A DNA stretch of 64,000 nucleotides from Octopus sinensis. Taxonomy: Eukaryota. The stretch covers positions 11,891-75,890 of the forward strand of contig NW_021833296.1 in assembly GCF_006345805.1 (NCBI RefSeq), in the 5' to 3' direction. Each line of letters starts with the position of its first letter. Within the stretch, counting starts at the first letter, position 1. The position numbers and the translations under genes are program-made. Positions 54,124 through 64,000 of this stretch are shown one piece after another. Under the pieces are notes generated by a model. That model ran no database searches, was not told the origin of the DNA, and saw only the letters and a program-made list of their open reading frames with translations.

Positions 54124-54519
54124 GGCGGCGAGCTGGCAGAAACGTTAGCACGCCGGACGAAATGCTTAGCAGTATTTCGTCTGCCGTTACGTTCTGAGTT
54201 CAAATTCCGTCGAGGTCGTTTTTGCCTTTCATCCTTTCGGGATCGATAAATTAAGTACCAGTTACGCACTGGCGTCGATGTAATCTATTTAATCCCTTTG
54301 TCTGTCCTTGTTTGTCCCCTCTGTGTTTAGCCCCTTGTGGGTAGTAAAGAAATAGGTATTTCGTCTGGCGCTACGTTCTGAGTTCAAATTCCGCAGAGGT
54401 TGACTTTGCCTTTCATCTTTTCGGAGTTGATAAATTAAGTACCAGTTGCGTACTGAGGTCGATCTAAATGACTGGCCCCCTACCAAAAAAATTTCTGGCC
54501 TAGAGTAGAAAAGAATATT
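54124..54519 (+). mobile_element. Nested SINE2: tail-B copy inside a tail-A copy
   Basis: GTATTTCGTCTG duplicated at 54172-54183 and 54356-54367; tail B ends at 54355 and tail A at about 54519. Confidence 0.9.
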
Positions 54520-54579
54520 GTTTTTCCTCATGTCACTATCCTTGTTGCTTCTCAAAACTGGCAACACTGACACCTACAT

Positions 54580-55265
54580 CCCTCCTCCCTCCTCCTCTCC
54601 TCCTCCTCCTCCTCCCCCTCCTCCCCCCCCCACCACCACCAACACCACCTCGTCAACAACATCATAATCGTCGTCAACGTCGTCGTCATCATAATCATTT
54701 CGTCATCATCATTAACATCATCGTCATTATCGTCATCGTCTTCAAAATGGCCGTCGTTGTCGCCGTGGTCGTTGTCGTTGTCGTTGTCGTCATTATCGCC
54801 ATCGTCCTCGAAATGGCCCACGTCGTCGTCCCCATTACCATCATCATTGTCATCGTCATCATAATCACCACCACCACCAACACCACCACCACTACCACTA
54901 CAATCATCGTCGTCGCCGTCACCATCATGATCATCACCATCGCAACGTGTCAAGCCGGCAACATTAGTAACCAGAAGAGTGACAACAACGGCAGCGCTAA
55001 GGAGGACTACAGCAGCAGCATAAGCAACGGCATAAGGTGCAGCAGCAGCACCACCATCAGCAGCAGCACCACCACTACCAGCAGCAGCAGCAACCTCAGC
55101 ATCAGCAGCAGCAGCGTCAGCTGTAACTAAGTCATCAATATCAACAACAGCAACCGTAGCACACAACGTGGCGATAAAAGTAGTAGTAGTAGTAGTAGCA
55201 GTAGTAATATCATCATCATTAGCAGCAGCAGCAGTAGTAATAGTATTAGTAGTATCATCATCCTT

Positions 55266-55341
<76 letters not shown>

Positions 55342-55406
55342 ATATCATCATCATTAGCAGCAGCAGCAGCAGCAGTAGTAATAGTATTAGTAGTATCATC
55401 ATCCTT

Positions 55407-55474
<68 letters not shown>

Positions 55475-55544
55475 CAGTAGTAATATCATCATCATTAGCA
55501 GCAGCAGCAGCAGTAGTAATAGTATTAGTAGTATCATCATCCTT

Positions 55545-55588
<44 letters not shown>

Positions 55589-55942
55589 TAGTAGTAGTAG
55601 GGACAACGGCAGCAGCAACGGTTGAAACAGCAGCAACGACAGCAACTACAAAAGCTCTGACACTAAGCAACAACAACGGCAGCAGTAGCAACAGCAGCAG
55701 CAATTACGATTATAGATACAGCAGCATCAATAGTTATTAGCCTTAGCGATAATACAGCAACGGCATATATATATATATGCCCAACAGCAGCAGTAACAGC
55801 AGCTGCTGTGCCGCAGCAGGAGAGTAGCATCAGATGTAGCAGTGGCAGAGACAGCAGCAGTAAAAAGCACCAACAGCATCACCAGTTGTGGAAACAGTAA
55901 CACTAGTGGATACCATAGTAGTAGTAGTAGTAGTAGTAGTAA

Positions 55943-56021
<79 letters not shown>

Positions 56022-56350
56022 GGTGGTAGTAGAGTAGTAGTAGTAGTAGTAGTAGTAAGTGGTTGAAATGATGTTAGTGATGGTGGTAGTAGTAGTAATA
56101 GTTGTAGTGTAGTGGTGGTGGTGGTGGTGGTGGTGGTGGTGACGGTATTGGGCGTATTCGTGATGGTGATCGTAGTGTTGGAGTGGTGGTTGTGGTGATG
56201 GTTGTACTAGTAGTGGTGGTGGTGGTGGTGGTGGTGGTGGTGGTGGTGGTGGTTGTGGTGGTGGTACTGGAAGTGGTAGTCGTCGTGGTCGTAATCGTGG
56301 TGTTGCAGCGGCGGTAGTGGTGGTGGTGTCGGTATTATTATTATTATTAT

Positions 56351-56410
<60 letters not shown>

Positions 56411-56430
56411 CAGCAGCAGCTAGTTGCAGC
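54580..56430. repeat. Compound trinucleotide array (AGC/AGT/GGT) with an approximately 120-bp higher-order unit at 55190-55600
   Basis: GTAATATCATCATCATTAGCAGC...GTATTAGTAGTATCATCATCCTTAGC x3. Confidence 0.9.
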
Positions 56431-57308
56431 AGCGGCAGCAATGCTGCAGATATCACGGGTGCTTTCTTCTCACGTGATGGCAAATAATGCATCAGACGTG
56501 CAAGTAAGTAAGAAGCCGGTGCTACCAGCTGTTACTGCACAAACTCACACATTTATGTAGATATATATGACTGCGCACGCGCGTGTGTGTATGTGTGTGT
56601 TCGTGCGTGTGAGACGCTGTAGGTGTACCTGTCTTGTATCTTTGTGTACGTATCTACATATGTTTCCTGATTGCCTGTATATGTGTTTGTATGTGTCTGT
56701 GTCTATGCGTCTCTTAGTGTTTGATTTGGCCATCAGCTGATCATGTTCGATATTCCATATGTCGTGGCATGATTTCATTTGTGTTACAAAAATTAGCTGT
56801 CTGCGAGACATTGATGAGGTGTCTCTGTGTGTTTGCAGGGAGAAAAAAAAGCTACATATATATATAAGTTAGCTGATGATATACGATGATATACGAGATG
56901 GCCACGACTGGATTGCGTTCGATTATTGCTGCCCTGGTTTAGGCCTTACAACAAATTGGATGTTGCTATTCGGACATCTGTGCGCGCGCGTACGTACGTA
57001 AGTGTGTGTGTGTTTGTGCGTGTGTGGGGGAGTGTATGCGCGCGCATGTAGGTGTATAAATGTATGAATATATACATATATATCCTCATACATATGCGTA
57101 TGCATATTTATACACATATACACATAAATTTCTCTCTCTGTATCTCTCTCTCTCTCTATTTATATATATATATATACATACGCGCATGCACACATACAGA
57201 CATATATATATAAATTTATCTATCTATCTATCTATCATCTATCTATCTATATATCTATCTATCTATCTATACGAATATATATATATATATAATATATATA
57301 TTATATAT

Positions 57309-57362
<54 letters not shown>

Positions 57363-57540
57363 TTTAGTCTATATAACGTACATACATATATATATACGAT
57401 ATCGAATTGAATTGGGTAGAGAAGACAGATATGTTTATTACATCACAAGTTATCATTATACTCAGAACTTCTCGCCGGGCTGTGCCTGGACTTTACTCAT
57501 ATCCTTATTTTAATTAGTTTTGTGCCGGTTTCTGTAATAT

Positions 57541-57725
57541 ATTCTTTTACTTGTTTCAGTCATTTGACTGCAGCCATGCTGGAGTACCATCTTTAGTGGA
57601 ACAAACCGACTACAAAACTTATTCTTTGTAAGCCTAGTCCTCATTCTATCGGTTTCTTTTGCCGAACCGCTAAGTTACGGGGACTTAAACACACCAACAT
57701 CGGTTGTCAAGTGATGTTGGGGGTG
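57541..57725 (-). mobile_element. SINE1 3' half
   Basis: Family consensus. Confidence 0.8.
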
Positions 57726-57800
57726 GAGACATACATATACATATATATGTTACGATTATGTATTGCTACTGTTTATATCTCGCTCAGACATTAATATAGC

Positions 57801-57863
<63 letters not shown>

Positions 57864-58043
57864 CAATAAAGGGTTTAGCAACGAATTGCCTTACCACATA
57901 CCGAATTTAGAAATAGCAGTCAAAGGGTTTTAGCTATTTCTTCTACTAAAAAGGAGATCTCAGTAAAAACAGCAATTTGAAGGCAGACACAAACGGGTAA
58001 GAGAGAATGAATTGACGGCAATCTATCATACATTTTTAAGTTA

Positions 58044-58148
58044 TCTACGGACGTACGTTTCGAAATCAAGTTTTTAGGAAAGCATAAGAATTAAATATTA
58101 AATATTAAATAATTCTATCTACCGAAACTTCTTTTCTCTCAGCGTAGA
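58044..58148 (-). ncRNA. Type I hammerhead ribozyme motif (second copy, 1-nt deletion in core)
   Basis: Same as 58636-58740 except the core reads CUGA-GA; stems I and III are intact. Confidence 0.7.
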
Positions 58149-58635
58149 ATACTATAATCATAAATGATTGTATATTGAATTTTGAGACACTAGAAGGCAC
58201 CAACTCAACTCAGGATCAGAGCGAGCTAGAATCCGCAACTAGTATCACCGAATTCAATTTGTGAATGAAACGATTGTGTCACCAGCCCCTTCCCACCCGC
58301 GTGTAGCCAAAACAAGATGCTGTGGTCATCTACTGAGATAAAATATGGTTATCCGTAATAATGAAGGGTGAAATTAATTAATTTGGAATAATTATCAATT
58401 ACACCAAGTAGTCTTCGGCATGTAAAAGCCTCATTCGAGGAAAATTTAGTAATACTAAGCAATAAAGGGTTTAGCAGCGAATGCCTTACCACATACCGAT
58501 TTAGAAATAGCAGTCAAGGGTTTTAGCTATTTCTTCTACTAAAAAGGAGATCTCAGTAAAAACAGCAATTTGAGGCAGACACAAACAGGTAAGAGAGAAT
58601 GAATTGACGGCAATCTATCATACATTTTTAAGTTA

Positions 58636-58740
58636 TCTACGGACGTACGTTTCGAAATCAAGTTTTTAGGAAAGCATAAGAATTAAATATTAAATATTAA
58701 ATAATTCTATCTACCGAAAACTTTTTCTCTTCAGCGTAGA
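58636..58740 (-). ncRNA. Type I hammerhead ribozyme motif (intact copy)
   Basis: UCUACG-CUGAAGA-GAAA-AAGUUUU...AAAACUU-GA-UUUC-GAA-ACGUACGU-C-CGUAGA: 6-bp stem I, long stem II, palindromic stem III, GUC triplet. Confidence 0.9.
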
Positions 58741-59131
58741 ATACTATAATCATAATAATGATATATATATTGAATTTTGAGACACTATATAATTAAATCC
58801 AAAGTAATGTAAGAATTGCCACGTTGTTTACATTACCATCACATATGTATAAATTATTTTCGCATCCTAACCGATGCATCTATTTATATTCACATTCTGA
58901 AGAGATTTACCTAAACCAGTAAATCGAAACGATCGTAAATGCCACCCTCATCTCTGCTTCTTTCTTCTTTGTTATCTATTTAATTAAAGACATACCAGCG
59001 AAAACCACGAGTTTCCCATTGTTATTATATCCATTTTCTTCTTCTCTCTCCCTATACACACACACACACATACACACACACACACACACATACACACACA
59101 CACACACACATATATATACGACGGGCTTCTT

Positions 59132-59868
59132 ACACATTATTTACATTATTTATATTTGACGGATATTTGTCCTCATCAAACAAGATGAGGATATATATCC
59201 GTCAAATGTAAATAATGTAGATAATGTAGATAATGTACCTAATTCTCCATCTCTTAAATATAGAACTGTATTGTCTAATTGGTACGGAGCCGACATTAGG
59301 ATTCAATGGAGACATATAGAGAAACTCCATCGAAAACTACCTCGTCTTTCAAACCATCTAACTTTCCTGTGTAGATGTAGAGACTCAAAGTTAATACAAC
59401 CTGGCTTGAATATAACGACACCAGTGGATTCATATAAAGCTAGAAGAGTAGCGGAAAGAGCAGGACATGCCCTCATTCGTGGTAGTGGTGGTGTTGGTAT
59501 TATTAGAGGATCCATTACAACCGTTGGGAAAAAAACATCAACTAAATAACGAAATCAAAGAGAGGTTATCTTCATTACTTAGGAAAATAACCAGAGATGA
59601 TAATAGGAACAGAATCCAACAAGATCGAGAAAAGTCGTACATGAAAGAACTTGAAATGGTGAAGACATGCTAGATTAAGGAGTTTATAAAACTCAAAGGT
59701 CAGAGAACGAAGACTGAAGTCCGTTACTCACCTATGAAAGCGGTAATTAATGTAAGTAGCGGACATCTAGAAAGTTCTGAAGAAACAAACAAGATGAGGA
59801 CAAATATCCGTCAAATGTAAATAATGTAAATAATGTACATAATTCCTCACCTCTTAAATATAAAACTG
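59132..59868 (+). mobile_element. Penelope-like remnant: inverted 5' extension, pseudo-LTR, ORF N-terminus, pseudo-LTR; inserted in a SINE
   Basis: YG...IEKLHRKLPRLSNHLTFLCRCRDSKLIQPGLNITTP resembles PLE ORF N-termini. Direct repeat at 59178-59268 and 59787-59868; inverted arm at 59134-59177. The host SINE is split at CTTCTT. Confidence 0.75.
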
Positions 59869-59869
59869 G

Positions 59870-60020
59870 TCTTCTTTCAGTTTCCGTCTACCAAATCCAC
59901 TCACAAGGCTTTGGCCGGCCCGAGGCTATAGTAGAAGACACTTGACCTAAGGTGCCACGCAGTGGGACTGAACTTGAAACCCTGTGGCTGGGAAGAAAGT
60001 TACTTACACAAACGCCACGC
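59870..60020 (-). mobile_element. SINE1 5' half (host of the Penelope remnant; continues at 59105-59131)
   Basis: TATACGACGGGCTTCTT | CTTCTTTCAGTTTCCGTCTACC. Confidence 0.85.
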
Positions 60021-60240
60021 ATTTCTTGTGCACGTCCTCAAGTTCGTTTTTTTTCATTTTTCCTTGTTTTTATTCGTTCATTTGAACTGTTTGCTAATTT
60101 GAATTGACTATATCTATGCATCTACCTATCTATCTGCCTGTCTGTCTATCTGTCTGTCTGTCTATTAATGCTTATATACATATATAAAAAATATATATAG
60201 TACCTACACTCACATTTATGTCTGTATATATGTATATTAT

Positions 60241-60490
60241 TATTCAGTTTATTTCAAGATTTCTTGCCAATAGAGAAAGAATCGGTTTCTAACCTAGATT
60301 CAAAGCTCCTTCATTGGAATTTCAACATGAACGACAGGGTATTTTTGTATGTATGTATGTATGTGTATGTATGCATGCATGTCATTATTCGGTTTATTTC
60401 AAGATTTCTTGTCATTAGAGAAAGAACAGGTTTCTAACCTAGATTCAAGGCTCCTTCATTAGAATTTCAACATCAACAACAGGGTATTTT
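60241..60490. repeat. Tandem duplication of about 105 bp separated by (TATG)n
   Basis: TTTATTTCAAGATTTCTTG...CAGGGTATTTTTGT at 60241-60345 and 60386-60490. Confidence 0.85.
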
Positions 60491-60607
60491 TGTTTGTATG
60501 TATGTGTGTACGTATGTATGCATATGTGCAGATTTAATGTTTTGTATGTATTCTCATGCATTATAGTTGCTTATATATACATATATATATCTATATATAT
60601 ATATATC

Positions 60608-60658
<51 letters not shown>

Positions 60659-60684
60659 ATATATCTAGATATATATATATATAT

Positions 60685-60802
60685 TGGCCTGCTCGCTTAG
60701 CCAGCGGGGTGGCGTCATTCGAAGGCTAAAACATGCGAACGCATTGTGACCAGCGATGTGTAGCAACATCTGATGGTCTGGTCGGCCACGTGATCACGTG
60801 AT
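60685..60802 (+). mobile_element. Isolated tail D within (TA)n
   Basis: Reverse complement of the same tail; ends CACGTGATCACGTGAT. Confidence 0.8.
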
Positions 60803-60811
60803 ATATATATA

Positions 60812-60851
<40 letters not shown>

Positions 60852-61222
60852 TTTAAATGATAAACTTCTCGAAAGTTTTACAGATTTTTAGAGCTCCACT
60901 GATGAATTGGATCTGTAATCTTCGAATTATCTTTCTTCTTTCTGGTCTTGAGAAGCATAACTTTTTCAAGATTGGTATTTAGGTAGTGTGTTACATATCC
61001 CAAAGCCCCAATAATTATAGGTATAAACCTGAACTTGTAATCTGGACAGAGTAACTGAAGAATTCTCAATAGTACAGCATAGCCGTTGTTTTTTTCACTG
61101 ACCTTCAGGCCTATGTTTAACATCTGCAGCGTAGCTGTTTCCACAACTGTGCATAGTTTCTCTTCTCCATCCCAAATCATTATATCAGGTCTGTTGTGCT
61201 TACACTTTATTAAGCTCTTCAC
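60852..61222 (-). mobile_element. 3' fragment of a non-LTR retrotransposon with a restriction-like endonuclease (R4/R2/NeSL-type)
   Basis: CKHNRPDIMIWD...VVE...EKNNGY..L...PDYKFRFIPIIIGALG is a PD-(D/E)xK RLE motif; the 3' end runs into (TA)n. Confidence 0.8.
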
Positions 61223-61671
61223 TGGTATGTATGTACGTATGTATGTATGTATGTATGTATGTATGTATGTATTATGTATGTATGTATGTACGTATCAGGT
61301 TGTTAAGAAAGTCTTGTCACAATTTTTACATGATCACTTTGAGGCTGCTTTCTCAAAACTTACATCAATTTTTCCATTGTAGTGCCTTTGTCTTTATTTA
61401 ATCACCGTGAAGATTAAATTGTCATTGTCCAGATTCCTCGGGAAAAGTTTTGCCACTAAATATGTAAGCGTTGCTTCATCCTACCTTCTCTCTTGACCTT
61501 ATTCCATTTGACTGCCATCATTACAGATCGGTGTAATATTCTTTGGAGGGAAAACAATTTATTAATTGTGAAGAGGTTAAAAATGATTTACAGTGTTCCT
61601 TCGCTTCGAGGGATCAACATGTAATAGATGGGATTAAGCTATCAATAATGAAAGGGAAATATTGATTTCAA

Positions 61672-61878
61672 ATTTTGGCACAAGGCCAGCAATTTCATGA
61701 GCGATGGGTTAAGTTGATTACATCGTCGTTAGTGTTTAACTAGTACTTCGTTTATCGACCCCGAAAGGATGAAAGACAAAGTCAACAACGGCGGCATTTG
61801 AACTCAGAACGTAAAGTCCGAAGTGATGCGGGCAAGCATTTTTTCTAACGCGGTAACAATTCTGCTAGTTCTCCGCCA
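61672..61878 (-). mobile_element. Older SINE2 copy with a tail-A-like end
   Basis: Diverged family consensus. Confidence 0.75.
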
Positions 61879-62104
61879 TATGAGGGTTGGGAGGGAATAT
61901 TGATTAACTAACTCAATTAAGACTAAAGAAGCATTTGTTTCTTTCTCTTCTTGTATACGTGGGACCTCCGTTTGTCACCCTACTGTTTGACAACTTGACA
62001 ACCTGTATTAATCGGTTAGTTTGTTTACGTCCCTGTAAGTAGCAGTTCACTAAAAGAGAACAATAAAATAACTAAGTGACTTTACATAAATGATTACTTC
62101 TTTT

Positions 62105-62482
62105 TCTTCACTCCGTCGGTTACAACGACGAGGGTTCCGGTTGATCCGAATCAACGGAACAGCCTGCTCGTGAAATTAACGTGTAAGTGGCTGAGCACTC
62201 CACAGACACGTGTACCCTAAACGTAGTTCTCGGGGATATTCAGCGTGACACAGAGAGTGACAAGGCCGGCCCTTGAAAATACAGGTACAACAGAAACAGG
62301 AAGTAAGAGTGAGAGAAAGTTGTGGTGAAAAGAGTAGGCAGGGATCACCAGCATTCCCTGCCGGAGACTCGTGGAGCTTTAGGTGTTTTCGCTCAATAAA
62401 CACTCACAACGCCCGGTCTGGGAATCGAAACCGCGATCCTATGACCGCGAGTCCGCTGCCCTAACCACTGGGCCATTGCGCA
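62105..62482 (-). mobile_element. SINE4 head and body with tail C
   Basis: Head and body nearly identical to 20440-20612 but with a different tail. Confidence 0.88.
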
Positions 62483-62919
62483 TCCACAAATGATTACTAG
62501 GATCGGTTTATTCGACTAAATTCTTAAGGGTGAAACACCATCATGGCTGCAGTCCAGTAACTGAAGCAAGCAAAAGAATAATAATGCAATGACTACAGTA
62601 ACACATACTAATTAAATCTAGATTTAGTTTTGTATAATTAAGTGTTCACATTGGTCAGAAAACACCACCTGTCTTAATTAAGACCCCTACAGTCCTCATT
62701 AAGCACCCCCCCCCCATTTCATTTTTGAGAACTTCAGTTTATTCAAGAAGGATTCTATCTCACGTGAGATAGGTTACCGTAATAGGAAATGGAGTCTTCC
62801 ACAGCAGACGACACCATCTCTTCATTTGAAAACACCCCCTCCCCCATGCTGTTCGTTGACTTTTTCGGTTGTTTTGTTTGGGCTTTCTTCAATGTTTTCG
62901 AAACCATCAGCCGATTCTC

Positions 62920-63337
62920 GCGGCGAGCTGGCAGAAACGTTAGCACACCGGGCGAAATGCTTTGCGGTATTTCGTCCGCCACTTTATTCTAAGTTCAAAT
63001 TCTGCCGAGGTCGACTTTGCCTTTCATCCTTTCGAAGTCGATAAATTAAGTATCAGTTAGGTGCTGGGGTCTATTTATTCAACTGAACCCCTCCCCCAAA
63101 ATTTCGGGCCTTTTGCCCAGAGTAGAAAAGAATCGTTAGCACGCCGGGCGAAATGCTTTGCGGTATTTCGTCCGCCACTTTATTCAAATTCCGCCGAGGT
63201 CGACTTTGCCTTTCATCCTTTCGGGGTCGATAAATTAAGTACCAGTTACGCACTGGGGTCGATGTAATCGACTTAGTCAGTTTGTCTGTTCTTGTTTGTC
63301 CCCTCTGTGTTTAGCCCCTTGTGGGTAGTAAAGAAAT
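62920..63337 (+). mobile_element. Tandem SINE2 pair: tail-A unit followed by a tail-B unit
   Basis: Unit 1 is 62920-63133; unit 2 is 63134-63337 and starts at CGTTAGCAC. Confidence 0.9.
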
Positions 63338-63583
63338 AGATTCTCTTCGGACAAAACCTAGTTTACATCCTCCTAAGTGGATGGAACGATACCACTGTGG
63401 GTGAGTTCTTCGTGATTCTTTAGTTCCTGTTGAACTTGATTATCATTATTTCATTCTTCCTGAGTGTTAAACTAATACACATGCTTGTTGTTCCTTCATC
63501 TTTTGTTTTCTGTAAATTATCACACACACACACATACCCCCACACACACACACACAAACAAACACACATATATATATATTATA

Positions 63584-63613
<30 letters not shown>

Positions 63614-63616
<3 letters not shown>

Positions 63617-64000
63617 CTACAAAATTAGAGAATGGAGAAACATACTTAAATCAATAAAACATCAACTATCCGATGATACCCAATCAATACTTTAATACAC
63701 CATTACATATGAGTAAAGGCTTATACAAAATCAGATATACAGTAATAGTAAAAGATAAAGAGATATAAGTAAAAAATTTCAAATATAATATGCAATTAAA
63801 TCAAAACTGACAGCTGTTTCGGCAGTGAGGGCAGTCATACCTCATTTAACCTATAAGCCATAAAGGCAGGTATAAATGAGGCATTAACAAGGATGCCCCA
63901 CGGCCTCTTCAGAGAATTAATTAAATTTGTTATAATTGTGAAAATATTATATAAAATCCATATATAAATATAAAAATATAAAAATGTAATTTTGTAGTAT
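63614..64000 (-). mobile_element. AT-rich HHR-bearing element (Penelope-tail or retrozyme-like), possibly continuing beyond the window
   Basis: Contains the HHR at 63807-63914; the 3' end abuts (TA)n at 63613. Confidence 0.6.
63807..63914 (-). ncRNA. Type I hammerhead ribozyme motif with an extended stem II
   Basis: CU-CUGAAGA-GGC...GCC-GAA-ACAGCUGU-C-AG. The stem II insert contains GUG/CAC, GGGCA/UGCCC and a perfect 9-bp CCUCAUUUA/UAAAUGAGG helix. Proximal stem I is only 2 bp. Confidence 0.8.

Larger units (their letters stand above)
57861..58789 (-). mobile_element. Retrozyme-like element: two HHR-containing direct repeats (about 330 bp) around a 266-bp spacer
   Basis: 57861-58191 and 58458-58789 are nearly identical; no ORF; the 3' end abuts (TA)n. 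Confidence 0.8.

Noticed and set aside
56718-56818. AG...GT-bounded open frame CLIWPSADHVRYSICRG...
   Set aside because: Weak donor and no recognised homology; needs RNA-seq.
56873-56915. CTGATGA...GAGATGGCCAC
   Set aside because: No stem II, altered GAAA, no UH triplet, no stem I.
57861-58789. LTR/TRIM interpretation of the direct repeats
   Set aside because: No TG...CA termini, PBS, PPT or TSD; the HHRs explain the repeats better.
61294-61560. Possible mariner-like relic (TATCAGGTTG...)
   Set aside because: No convincing TIR pair or transposase motif.
62400-62482. tRNA gene calls for SINE heads
   Set aside because: They have boxes A and B but continue into SINE bodies and lack a full cloverleaf and terminator.

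Overview
Eukaryotic, repeat-saturated non-coding DNA. The SINE families and microsatellite load resemble cephalopod (Octopus-like) genomes; this is an inference, not a database result. I recognise no host protein-coding exon, and almost all ORFs in the track are microsatellite translations. Content: (1) A near full-length L1/Tx1-clade LINE (23379-28719, minus) with a 14-bp TSD. It sits inside a tRNA-derived SINE, which sits inside an internally deleted Helitron. The LINE shares its 3' tail with that SINE family, and a SINE copy elsewhere (54.2-54.4 kb) has inserted at the same site. (2) Two 3' fragments of a second Tx1 family, both inserted in (TATC)n. (3) Many hammerhead-ribozyme (HHR) motifs: four with canonical cores (7.5, 34.4, 58.6, 63.8 kb), one with a 1-nt core deletion (58.0 kb) and six minimal ones. 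They lie in Penelope-like or non-coding retrozyme-like elements, including a two-HHR direct-repeat unit with a 592-nt monomer. (4) A DD37D (maT-type) transposon, mariner relics, non-autonomous Helitrons, MITEs and an RLE-type LINE fragment. (5) About 40 SINE copies or fragments built from shuffled heads and tails. (6) Large di-, tri- and tetranucleotide arrays. Coordinates were counted by eye, so SINE and array ends are approximate.
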